Source: Phycisphaerae bacterium
Lineage (GTDB): Bacteria > Planctomycetota > Phycisphaerae > Sedimentisphaerales > UBA12454
DNA: 64,000 nt
Assembly (NCBI GenBank): GCA_026386845.1
Contig: JAPLMW010000028.1
Location: 2,729 to 66,728, forward strand
Direction: 5' to 3'
A program made the translations under genes and the position numbers. Shown here piece after piece: positions 31,379-39,946 of the stretch (position 1 is its first letter; each line of letters opens with the position of its first letter). The notes below the pieces were generated by a model. That model ran no database searches, had not been told where the DNA came from, and saw nothing but the letters and a program-made list of their open reading frames with translations.

Positions 31379-31476
31379 CCCCCAATATAAAATTGGGGGC
31401 TTCAGGATTTTAACGAACCCTGCCATAGTGATGGCAGGGCTAACCACGAACAAAAACCCCCACTGAAAGTGGGGGC
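31379..31476. repeat. REP-like hairpin cluster (3 units)
   Basis: cccccaatataaaattggggg, ccctgccatagtgatggcagggctaaccacgaa and cccccactgaaagtgggggctaa. The last is the inverted copy of 23378-23396. Confidence 0.85.
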
Positions 31477-31574
31477 TAAATATGGAATTAAACAATGGAA
31501 CAATTCTGTTTAAAAATTGCCTGAAAGACGATAATACTATAAGAATACCATTTTTAATTAAAGGGAGGCCAATT

Positions 31575-31760
31575 ATGAAGTCATCTGTAATTGTCGTAAC
31601 AATATTTCTGCTGCTTGTTTCAATAGCGCATTTGTTAAGGCTAATCTTTCAGGCGAAAGTAATGTTAAATAATACCGAGATACCAATGTGGATGAGCGCC
31701 GCGGCGTGCGTAGTTACCGCGTTACTAGCAATCTGGCTTCGGAAAGAAAACAAGAAGTAA
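31575..31760 (+). CDS. small two-TM membrane protein
   Basis: Strong RBS aagggaggccaattATG at 31575. The product is MKSSVIVVTIFLLLVSIAHLL...AACVVTALLAIWLRKENKK. The ORF-track start at 31482 is probably too far upstream. Confidence 0.55.
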   Translation: MKSSVIVVTIFLLLVSIAHLLRLIFQAKVMLNNTEIPMWMSAAACVVTALLAIWLRKENKK

Positions 31761-31787
31761 AAAAAATTGGTTCATTCTAAAAAATAG

Positions 31788-33320
31788 ATGAATAAAACCG
31801 CAAATCAATATCAAATCCATACGATTTATATACTGCTGGCGGTGGTGACTTTTATCGCGTTTGAGCCGATAATTCATAACGGGTTCATAAGCTTTGATGA
31901 TGATGTATATATTTATCAAAACAATCATATAACTGGCGGCCTGAAACTCGAAAATATTGTCTGGGCGTTTACGAATGTTCACGCCAATAATTATCATCCC
32001 CTGACTTCACTGTCTCATATGCTGGATTGTGAGCTTTACGGGACAGCGGCCGGCGGTCATCATTTTACCAATTTGCTTTTTCATATAGCTAATACTTTGC
32101 TGCTGTTTACTGTTTTGAGCCGTATGACAAAGCAATTATGGGCAAGCGCATTTGTCGCGGCTCTTTTCGCTATTCATCCGCTTCACGTGGAATCCGTAGC
32201 GTGGGCATCGGAGCGAAAAGACACTCTCAGCACGTTTTTCTGGATGCTCACTATGCTGGCCTATATCCGTTATTGCGCCTGCGCCGCTGACGCGGCGGCT
32301 AAACCCCGCCATAGTAATGGCGGGGCTAACCACTACTACATATTATCTATTATATTTTTTGCATTGGCATCGTTATCAAAACCAATGGTTGTTACACTTC
32401 CATTCGTTCTGCTTTTGCTGGACTATTGGCCGCTGAGCCGCTTTAAGAAAGTTCATTTAAGCCGCCTGATTTCTGAGAAAATTCCCTTTTTGGTCCTTTC
32501 AGCGATTCTAAGTATTGTTACTATCTGTGTTCAGCAAAAAACGGGAATGGTAAAAACTTTTTTGAATTATCCATTGTCGTGGCGAATTGAAAATGCCCTT
32601 GTTTCATATATTATATACATTGAGAAACTGTTCTGGCCTGCCAAACTGGCGATATTCTACCCGCATCCGGAAGGCGGAATCCTTCTATGGCAAATTGCAG
32701 GAGCGGTATTAATTCTGGTAATTATAACATTAACGGCATTGCGGACACTTCGCCGGCGGCCTTATATTGCTGTGGGCTGGTTATGGTTTTTGGGAACTCT
32801 TGTGCCTGTCATCGGTGTATTTCAGGTAGGGCTGCAGGGATATGCCGACAGATATACATATGTTCCTTATATAGGTCTTTTTATTGCAATTACGTGGGGT
32901 GCCTGGGAACTTCTATCGAAATTGAAATACCGAAAAGTTTTCTTTACTTTATCCGCGATTGTTTTGCTTTCGGCTCTCGGCATTAAGACCTACGTTCAAA
33001 CTTTGTATTGGAATAATAACATATTGTTATATAAACACACAATAGACGTAGTTGAAAATGTCTGGTGGGCGCACCATTTTCTGGGCAATGTATTTGCTTC
33101 ACAGGGGAAATTTGAAGAGGCTGTTATACAATATAAAGAAGCTCTTAAAGTTGACTCACAAAATGTTACCGTGTATTGCGCCCTGGGCGAAACACTTCTT
33201 AACAAGGGCGATGTAAACGAGGCTGCCAAATATTTCAAAGAAGCTTTACGAATCGCGCCTAATGCCGAGGCTGCCCGCAGGGGGCTTGAAGATATAGAAA
33301 AGCGGGCTATCGCCCCTTAA
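31788..33320 (+). CDS. TMTC-like membrane protein (DUF1736-type GT-C core) with C-terminal TPR repeats
   Basis: FISFDDDVYIYQNNHI and HPLHVESVAWASERKDTLSTFFWMLTMLAY resemble the TMTC/DUF1736 signature. The C-terminal TPRs include GKFEEAVIQYKEALKVDSQN... and GDVNEAAKYFKEALRIAPN. Confidence 0.65.
   Translation: MNKTANQYQIHTIYILLAVVTFIAFEPIIHNGFISFDDDVYIYQNNHITGGLKLENIVWAFTNVHANNYHPLTSLSHMLDCELYGTAAGGHHFTNLLFHIANTLLLFTVLSRMTKQLWASAFVAALFAIHPLHVESVAWASERKDTLSTFFWMLTMLAYIRYCACAADAAAKPRHSNGGANHYYILSIIFFALASLSKPMVVTLPFVLLLLDYWPLSRFKKVHLSRLISEKIPFLVLSAILSIVTICVQQKTGMVKTFLNYPLSWRIENALVSYIIYIEKLFWPAKLAIFYPHPEGGILLWQIAGAVLILVIITLTALRTLRRRPYIAVGWLWFLGTLVPVIGVFQVGLQGYADRYTYVPYIGLFIAITWGAWELLSKLKYRKVFFTLSAIVLLSALGIKTYVQTLYWNNNILLYKHTIDVVENVWWAHHFLGNVFASQGKFEEAVIQYKEALKVDSQNVTVYCALGETLLNKGDVNEAAKYFKEALRIAPNAEAARRGLEDIEKRAIAP
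32304..32333. repeat. REP-like unit embedded in frame in the TMTC-like CDS
   Basis: ccccgccatagtaatggcggggctaaccac matches the intergenic family. It translates as ...AAKPRHSNGGANHYY... Confidence 0.8.
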
Positions 33321-33375
33321 CTAAGGCGCCTAATTATATTGACATCGCAGCAAATAATAAATAAAGTTATCTCCA

Positions 33376-36126
33376 ATGGCGAAAAAACTCTATATTATTG
33401 ACGGACACGCACATATTTACGCGGCGTTTTACGCGCCGATGAAACCGCTTACCAGCCCATCGGGGGAACATACTAAAGCAACATATATATTTACGACAAT
33501 GATTCTCAATCTTCTCGCAACCAAAAAGCCGGATATGCTCGTCGTCGCGATGGACTCAAAAGAGCCGAGTTTCAGAAGAGAAATGTATAAGGAATACAAG
33601 GCACACAGGCCGCCGATGCCGGATGAAATGCCGATGCAGATAAACCGTATCGAACAAATTCTTGAAGCGATGAATATTCCAATCATCCGCAAAAGCACAT
33701 TCGAGGCCGACGATATAATCGGCACACTTGCCGCAAAGGCGATAAAAACCGGCATTGATACTTATATTTGCTCCAAAGACAAAGATATGCTCCAGCTTCT
33801 TGATATAGGCGTTCATATATATGATGTCAAAACAGACGCTGTAACTGATGCCAAATCATTTAAGCAGGAAACCGGCCTTGAGCCGCGGCAGTTTATCGAT
33901 GTCCTTGCTTTGCAGGGCGACGCGAGCGATAACGTGCCGGGTATTCCGGATGTCGGGCCAAAAACCGCAATCGAATGGGTAAAACAATACGGCTCGCTTG
34001 AAAATCTTTATAAACACGCTGACGAAATTACCGGCAAGCGGGGCGATAATCTGCGAAGCTCAAAAGATATGGCGTTTCTAAGCAGAAAACTTGTAACAAT
34101 AAATTGTGATATGCCTATAAATCTTGACCAGAAAACATTTACCGTTAAAGAGTTTGACAAGGAAAAACTTGCTGCTGTATTTACCGAACTGGGCTTTAAC
34201 AGGCTTTTAACACAATTAGGCCTGTCGCCTGCGGAAGTGAAAAAAATAAAAGAAACAGAAGAAAAACCAACTGTAAAAACTTCTTTGATTACCGGAGTTG
34301 ATTCAATAAAAACCGTTAAGCACGATTATCATTTAATAGACACTCCTGAAAAACTTGATGATTTTGTCGCGGAAGTAAAGAAGCAGAATCTTTTCGCTGT
34401 CGATACAGAAACTACCTCAATATCCGCTCATCGTGCCGAGCTTGTGGGAATCAGTTTTTGCTGGGAGCCGCACAAGGCGTATTATATTGCCGTGAAAGGC
34501 CCTATGGGAGCAAAATACCTGGGGCTTTCCAAAACCAAACAGAAACTGGCAGCGATTTTAGCCGATGAAAAAATCAAAAAAATCTGCCAGAACGCAAAAT
34601 ACGATATGATAGTCCTGGCAAATTCCGATATGCCGGTAAAGGGACTGTTCTTTGACACAATGATAGCTTCGTATGTGCTGGAAGCGGAACACCGGAGTCA
34701 TTCACTTGATAATATGGCGCTGGATTTTCTGAATTACCGCAAAATTCCCACTTCGGACCTGATAGGCAAAGGCAAAAATCAATTGAGTTTTGAAATGGTC
34801 GATACCATATCGGCCTGCGATTATTCCTGCGAAGATGCCGATTTTACATTCCAACTCTACAAGTACCTGGGCGAAAGACTTGAAAAAGAACCAAAGCTGA
34901 AAAAGCTTTTTGAAGAAATTGAAATGCCGCTGGTTGAGGTTCTTACCATAATTGAACTCAATGGCGTAAAACTTGACATAGGTATTCTGAAACAGTTGTC
35001 TGTTGAGATAAATAAGCAACTTGAAGAGGCAACAGAAAAAATTTACGCTCTCGCAGGCGGACCGTTCAATATAGATTCGCCCAAACAGCTTTCAGAGGTG
35101 CTTTTTGACAGGCTGGGTTTAGAATCGGTGCGGGAAGGGAAAACAGGCCACAGCACCGATGCCGATGTGCTTGACGAACTTGCCGGTGAACATCCCGTCA
35201 TCGAGCAAATAATTCAACATCGTCAGTTAAGCAAGCTCAAGAATACTTATACCGATAAGCTTGGCTCGCTTATAAATCCGCGGACCGGCAGGGTGCACGC
35301 ATCATTTAACCAGACAATAACCGCAACAGGCAGACTAAGTTCATCCGACCCGAACCTGCAGAATATTCCAATCCGAACTGAAATAGGCAAAAAGATTCGT
35401 GCTGCATTTATACCGGAAAAGAAGGACGATAAAATTTTAAGCCTTGATTATTCGCAGATTGAGCTTCGAATGGTGGCGCATTTCAGCGGCGACAAGGAAT
35501 TGAAAAAGGCATTTGAGGAGGATAAAGATATTCATACCTATGTGGCATCGCAGATTTATAATGTTGATATTAAAGATGTAACATCAGAAATGCGTTCGCG
35601 CTGCAAGGCGGTTAATTTCGGCCTGATTTACGGGCAGGGGGCTTTCGGTCTCAGTAAAACAACCGGTATGAGCAATGCCGAGGCTCGGAAGTTCATCGAT
35701 GAATATTTTACACGCTATAAATCCATACAGCAGTTCAAAAAAGACGCTATTGAAAAGGTAAAAAAGAGCGGCTACGCTGAGACTATCTGCGGCAGAAGAA
35801 GAGAAATCAGCGGCCTTGAAAGTAAAAACGGCAATGTGCGTTCGCAGGCCGAAAGGCTCGTTATAAATACGCTTATTCAGGGCTCCTCCGCTGATTTGAT
35901 TAAAATCGCAATGATAAAAATCCAGAAAAGAATCGAAAAGGAAAAATTGCCTGCGAAAATGATACTGCAAATCCACGATGAGTTGGTTTTTGAATCTGAC
36001 GGCAAAGAAGCTGAAAAACTTGCGAAGGTTTTCAGCAGTGAAATGACGGACGCGATAAAACTTAATGTGCCATTGAAGGTGGATATCACAATCGGCAGAA
36101 GCTGGATGGCGGAGCAGGAATTATGA
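33376..36126 (+). CDS. polA: DNA polymerase I
   Basis: 5'-nuclease N-terminus (LYIIDGHAHIYAAFYA), 3'-5' exo motif FAVDTETTS, and pol motifs DYSQIELRMVAHFS, RSRCKAVNFGLIYG and QIHDELVFE. Confidence 0.96.
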   Translation: MAKKLYIIDGHAHIYAAFYAPMKPLTSPSGEHTKATYIFTTMILNLLATKKPDMLVVAMDSKEPSFRREMYKEYKAHRPPMPDEMPMQINRIEQILEAMNIPIIRKSTFEADDIIGTLAAKAIKTGIDTYICSKDKDMLQLLDIGVHIYDVKTDAVTDAKSFKQETGLEPRQFIDVLALQGDASDNVPGIPDVGPKTAIEWVKQYGSLENLYKHADEITGKRGDNLRSSKDMAFLSRKLVTINCDMPINLDQKTFTVKEFDKEKLAAVFTELGFNRLLTQLGLSPAEVKKIKETEEKPTVKTSLITGVDSIKTVKHDYHLIDTPEKLDDFVAEVKKQNLFAVDTETTSISAHRAELVGISFCWEPHKAYYIAVKGPMGAKYLGLSKTKQKLAAILADEKIKKICQNAKYDMIVLANSDMPVKGLFFDTMIASYVLEAEHRSHSLDNMALDFLNYRKIPTSDLIGKGKNQLSFEMVDTISACDYSCEDADFTFQLYKYLGERLEKEPKLKKLFEEIEMPLVEVLTIIELNGVKLDIGILKQLSVEINKQLEEATEKIYALAGGPFNIDSPKQLSEVLFDRLGLESVREGKTGHSTDADVLDELAGEHPVIEQIIQHRQLSKLKNTYTDKLGSLINPRTGRVHASFNQTITATGRLSSSDPNLQNIPIRTEIGKKIRAAFIPEKKDDKILSLDYSQIELRMVAHFSGDKELKKAFEEDKDIHTYVASQIYNVDIKDVTSEMRSRCKAVNFGLIYGQGAFGLSKTTGMSNAEARKFIDEYFTRYKSIQQFKKDAIEKVKKSGYAETICGRRREISGLESKNGNVRSQAERLVINTLIQGSSADLIKIAMIKIQKRIEKEKLPAKMILQIHDELVFESDGKEAEKLAKVFSSEMTDAIKLNVPLKVDITIGRSWMAEQEL

Positions 36127-36735
36127 AGAAACTAATGAAAAGATATGGATGGCAGATAATGCTGGGCATCGGGCTGCTTGTGCTTACCGTGGTTCTTTAT
36201 CTGGTGCATTTTCTTATATTTCACGATGCACGTCATATTTTCATATACCTGCTCGGCGATATAGCCTTCATACCAGCTTGACACTGATGCTGAAGGGATA
36301 CGCAGCCAGCTTGTAATAAAGGACGACTGGACGAGTGAAAGATTTTTGTCCGCGGTCGGCATCCTTAAAAGACACGAGTATAACCTGCGGATTGACAAGG
36401 CGGACCTTGTGGAACTTCGGGCATATCTTCTCGACAAGAGGGAATTTTTAATGCGGCTGCTGGAAAACCCCAATCTTCTGGAACACGATAGTTTTTCCGA
36501 TATGCTTTGGGCGATTTTTCACCTTACAGAGGAGCTGATTTGCAGAAAAGAATTGAAAAATTTGCCGGAAAACGACATAAAACATCTTCTCGGTGATATG
36601 AAAAGAGCATATCGAACGATTATTTTTGAGTGGATTGAATATATGAAATATCTCAAGGCCGAATATCCATACCTGTTCAGTCTTGCGATGAGAACGAATC
36701 CGTTTAATCCCAATATCTCTGTTTATGTTCCTTGA
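36123..36735 (+). pseudogene. split/frameshifted gene for a small membrane-anchored protein of unknown function
   Basis: The ATG at 36123 (ATGA overlap with the polA stop) gives MKKLMKRYGWQIMLGIGLLVLTVVLYLVHFLIFHDARHIFIYLLGDIAFIPA*, stopping at 36279-36281. A second frame is open from 36265 and continues ...QLVIKDDWTSERFLSAVGILKRHEYNL...LLENPNLLEHDSFSDMLWAIFHLTEEL... to 36735. The two pieces are in different frames. Confidence 0.5.
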
Positions 36736-36747
36736 AGAAAAAATATT

Positions 36748-36978
36748 ATGAACCCGGGTTCTGATAATTTCGCCAAAATATTAATCTTTACCGGAGCAGT
36801 TTTGCTGCTGGCGGGATTGGGAGTTCTTGTACTGGGCAAAATCGGTTTTTTCCGTCTGCCCGGCGATGTGGAAATGGGCGGGAAAAACTGGAAAATTTTT
36901 CTGCCGATTACAAGTTCCATACTCATTTCAATTGTTCTCACTTTTATTTTGTGGCTGATTAGCTCTCTGCGAAAATAA
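36748..36978 (+). CDS. DUF2905-family small membrane protein
   Basis: 76 aa. The FRLPGDVEMGGKNWKIFLPITSSILISIVLTFILW pattern is typical of DUF2905. Confidence 0.7.
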   Translation: MNPGSDNFAKILIFTGAVLLLAGLGVLVLGKIGFFRLPGDVEMGGKNWKIFLPITSSILISIVLTFILWLISSLRK

Positions 36979-36981
36979 TTT

Positions 36982-38208
36982 ATGCGGCAATTTTTCAAAG
37001 ACAAAAATTTTCTATTGTTGTGTCTGGCAGCCTTTTTTATGAGCTCCTGCCTGCAATTGGGAGGTATTGTTCTGCCTTTCGCTGTCAAGGCTATGAGGGG
37101 CAGCGATACTGATATAGGCTTGTGCTTTTTAGGGCAGATGAGCGCTTATGTTATTTGCTGCATGCTGGCTTTTGCAGTAATCGACAGGTTCAAGCCGAAG
37201 AGAGTCCTCCTGATAACCGCAGGGGCAGGAATTATTATTTCATTCGGCTTCTTTGTGATAGTCTGGTACGGAAACAATAACGGCATATTTTTTAATCCGA
37301 TAACGCGGCTGATTATTCTAATGGTTATGGTCGGAGTCATTACAGCTTTTTTCTGGCCTGTGATAATGGGCTGGATTTCGACAGGCTATGAAGGCGCAGA
37401 GCTTACAAAAAGATTCGGTTTTTATAATGTAGCGTGGGCGAGCGCGAATACTATTATGCCCGTCATCGGCGGATACCTTATGGAAATCAATTATTCTTTC
37501 CCTCTTGCCGTTTCAGTTGTTATAGCGTCTCTCTGTTTCATATCGCTCTATCCAACAAAATGCATCAGTCAAAGCCCAAAACCGCATCAAAGCGGCAGCG
37601 ATACCGTTCGTCAGCAGACAGCGAAACAAAACAGACAATTTGTCTGGATGTCGCGAGTCGCACTTTTTGCCACATGGGTATATGTAGGGATTTTTAGAAG
37701 CCAGCTTGGCATCTTGTATAAATTTGAGCTTAATCTGTCGGAATCAGTCTATGGCTGGGCAACGGCTCTGATGTGTTTATCGAACGTTATAGTTTTCTTG
37801 ATGATGGGCAGGAGCCATTGGTGGCATTACAAAAAAACGCTGTTTGCATTGATTCAGGCCTCGGCTGTGCTTAGTTTGATAATTATTCTGTTTTCCGGCA
37901 ATGCCGCATTTCAGCTTTTTGCCGCCGGTTTAAGCGGCGTCTGCTACGGTTTTATTTACGGCTCACATCAGTATTACGGCGTCAGCGGCGGCACAAAACG
38001 CTCAGGCTTAATGGCAATACACGAAACAATCATCGGTGCAGGTTTCGCGATAGGCGCTCTTGTCGGCGGAATTTTAAGCGATAGTTTCGGCAGATATTCG
38101 CCATATTGGTTTGCCTGTGCCGTCATCGTCACAGGAGGATTTATTCAGGTGCTTTTATGGAAATCTCTGCAAAAATCAGAGCCGCGACCGTTAGAGAGCG
38201 GTATTTGA
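36982..38208 (+). CDS. MFS transporter
   Basis: 408 aa, roughly 12 TM helices, with typical MFS two-fold organisation. Confidence 0.75.
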   Translation: MRQFFKDKNFLLLCLAAFFMSSCLQLGGIVLPFAVKAMRGSDTDIGLCFLGQMSAYVICCMLAFAVIDRFKPKRVLLITAGAGIIISFGFFVIVWYGNNNGIFFNPITRLIILMVMVGVITAFFWPVIMGWISTGYEGAELTKRFGFYNVAWASANTIMPVIGGYLMEINYSFPLAVSVVIASLCFISLYPTKCISQSPKPHQSGSDTVRQQTAKQNRQFVWMSRVALFATWVYVGIFRSQLGILYKFELNLSESVYGWATALMCLSNVIVFLMMGRSHWWHYKKTLFALIQASAVLSLIIILFSGNAAFQLFAAGLSGVCYGFIYGSHQYYGVSGGTKRSGLMAIHETIIGAGFAIGALVGGILSDSFGRYSPYWFACAVIVTGGFIQVLLWKSLQKSEPRPLESGI

Positions 38209-38241
38209 ATGGAGGTTAGCCCCCACCCCTGCGGTGGGGGT
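38209..38241. repeat. REP-like unit (TTAGCC + CCCCCACC/GGTGGGGG hairpin) flanked by a 33-nt imperfect direct duplication
   Basis: The flanks 38176-38208 (tcagagccgcgaccgttagagagcggtatttga) and 38242-38274 (tcagagccgcgaacgtaagtgagcggtgttaga) match at 28/33 positions. Confidence 0.8.
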
Positions 38242-38335
38242 TCAGAGCCGCGAACGTAAGTGAGCGGTGTTAGATTTCATCCCGTTAGAGACAAAGCATC
38301 GCTGATGCTTGACGGCCGCCAAAGGCGGCCTGTCT

Positions 38336-38635
38336 CTAACGGGATTCATCAAAGGCAAACACATCCGTTTTTACATCGCCGACATAGAATCTGCCGTCGT
38401 TGTATATAAAGTTCATAATCGTATCAATCTGACTGACGGTAAAAGTCCTGTCGTTTGATACCACCGCTATCCCGATAACCGCCATTCGTCTATTATCGAG
38501 TCTGTCAATCTCCGCTGCGGAAACGTTAAATCTGCTCTTGAGCCTTTCAATAACGCTCTTAACTATCCTTCTTTTGTCTTTCAGAGTCATCACTCCCTGA
38601 AGATGAATACAAATTTTCGCTGTTCCCGTAAACAT
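38336..38635 (-). CDS. DUF503-family protein (YlxP-like)
   Basis: 99 aa. The LKDKRRIVKSVIERLKSRFNVSAAEIDRLDNRRMAVIGIAVVSND pattern is typical of DUF503. Confidence 0.7.
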   Translation of the reverse strand: MFTGTAKICIHLQGVMTLKDKRRIVKSVIERLKSRFNVSAAEIDRLDNRRMAVIGIAVVSNDRTFTVSQIDTIMNFIYNDGRFYVGDVKTDVFAFDESR

Positions 38636-38674
38636 TCAAAACTTTTCACTTTTAACTATTCACTTTTCACTTTC

Positions 38675-39576
38675 TTACGGCCTCGGGTGATACTTCTTAT
38701 GGATACTTCGCAATCTTTCCTGGTCAACGTGCGTATAAATCTGCGTTGTTGCTATATCGACGTGTCCGAGCATCTCCTGAACGCTGCGCAAATCTGCTCC
38801 GCCGCTCAAAAGATGGGTCGCAAAACAGTGCCGAAGGGTATGCGCCGTCATTTGTCTTGATAGGCCTGCCCGGCAGACATATTTTTTTACAATCCGCCAG
38901 ATTTCAATCCTGCTCAATGCTCTGCCAGTTCGGCTTAAAAACAGAGAGTCACTGTGGCCTAAGCCATCCCTGACGGGACTGAATGGCTTTAAAAGTTTGC
39001 CCCTTAACTGCTCAATATATTCGATAACAGCGGCAATAGCGGTTTTGTTAAGAGGAATTACCCGCTCTTTTTTACCTTTGCCAAGGCATCGGACATAACC
39101 GATTTTTAAATTCACATCGCCGAGCTTTAGGCCTGCGGCCTCGCTTGCCCTTGTGCCGGTAGCGTAAAGCAGTTCCAGCAGGGCACGGTCCCGCAGATGA
39201 TAAGGCTCTTTCTCGTCAGGGGCGTTTAATAGTTTCGCGACCTGTTCTTTATTGCAGACTATCGGCAGCTTTTGCCACAGAATCGCATAAACATCTTTAT
39301 CGCGACAACGCTGCGGTTTATAGATGCTTCAGCTTTATTTTTACGGGCAAGACTCTTTGCGTAACCGAAAAGCGTTTCGTTATCGATGTCACCAGGTTTT
39401 TTAATGTTTTTCGCAAAGCAAAACTCGGCAAAATCCCGCAGGTCTCGCCCATATCCGAGAATCGTATTTTCGCTCAGCCCGGCCTCGATATTAAGGTAGT
39501 CCAGAAACGCCTTCACAATCTTTCCCAGCGATTGCTCGGCCAATTTCGTATTTAAGTTTTGAACTTGCGTTGACAT
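38675..39576 (-). pseudogene. XerD/XerC-type tyrosine recombinase, disrupted (frameshift plus ~15-aa gap at the domain linker)
   Basis: The N-terminal SAM-like domain ORF (39259-39576) ends ...VAIKMFMRFCGKSCR*. The catalytic domain is in another frame: AILWQKLPIVCNKEQVAKLLNAPDEKEPYHLRDRALLELLYATGTRASE...AHTLRHCFATHLL...LGHVDIATTQIYTHV. The catalytic R, HxxR and Y are all present. Confidence 0.75.
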
Positions 39577-39946
39577 TGTTTAACCCCCAGTTCTACTGGG
39601 GGTTCCGTTAAATTCTGTCTACTGTCTACTGTATCCTGTGTTCTCTCAAATAGCCCTATAAAACCTTGTTTTTTGGGCTATTTCTTGACATCTGTTTCAT
39701 TGGTCTGTAAGTTCCATCGTCAAAATCATTCCTTTTGCCTTAATAAATTTTGTGGGTTAACAGAGCCCAAGCGACAGCGCAGGGGGCAAATAAATAAGTA
39801 CGGTGGTTACCTTAATTATTCTGGAATAACCGGAGTTTATTTTGCCTTTCCTTTTTCCTCTTCTTCTGCCATCTTCACAGATTTCGAGAATGAATTAGCG
39901 AATAGACATGGCAGATAAATCTTGCTTCTAAGATCTTGAAAAATGG

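Noticed and set aside
30058-31480. Prophage or integrated-element remnant around the HNH gene
   Set aside because: No other phage-like genes (integrase, terminase, capsid) are present. There is only one HNH-AP2 ORF flanked by REPs, so it is kept as a finding on the HNH gene alone.
36132-36473. 113-aa minus-strand ORF after polA
   Set aside because: It is antisense to the split membrane-protein gene, whose two pieces have much more protein-like sequence and are translationally coupled to polA.
39673-39918. 81-aa ORF in the gap between the xerD-like gene and the island
   Set aside because: It has no RBS and a low-complexity product, and it overlaps hairpin/repeat sequence. It is most likely non-coding.
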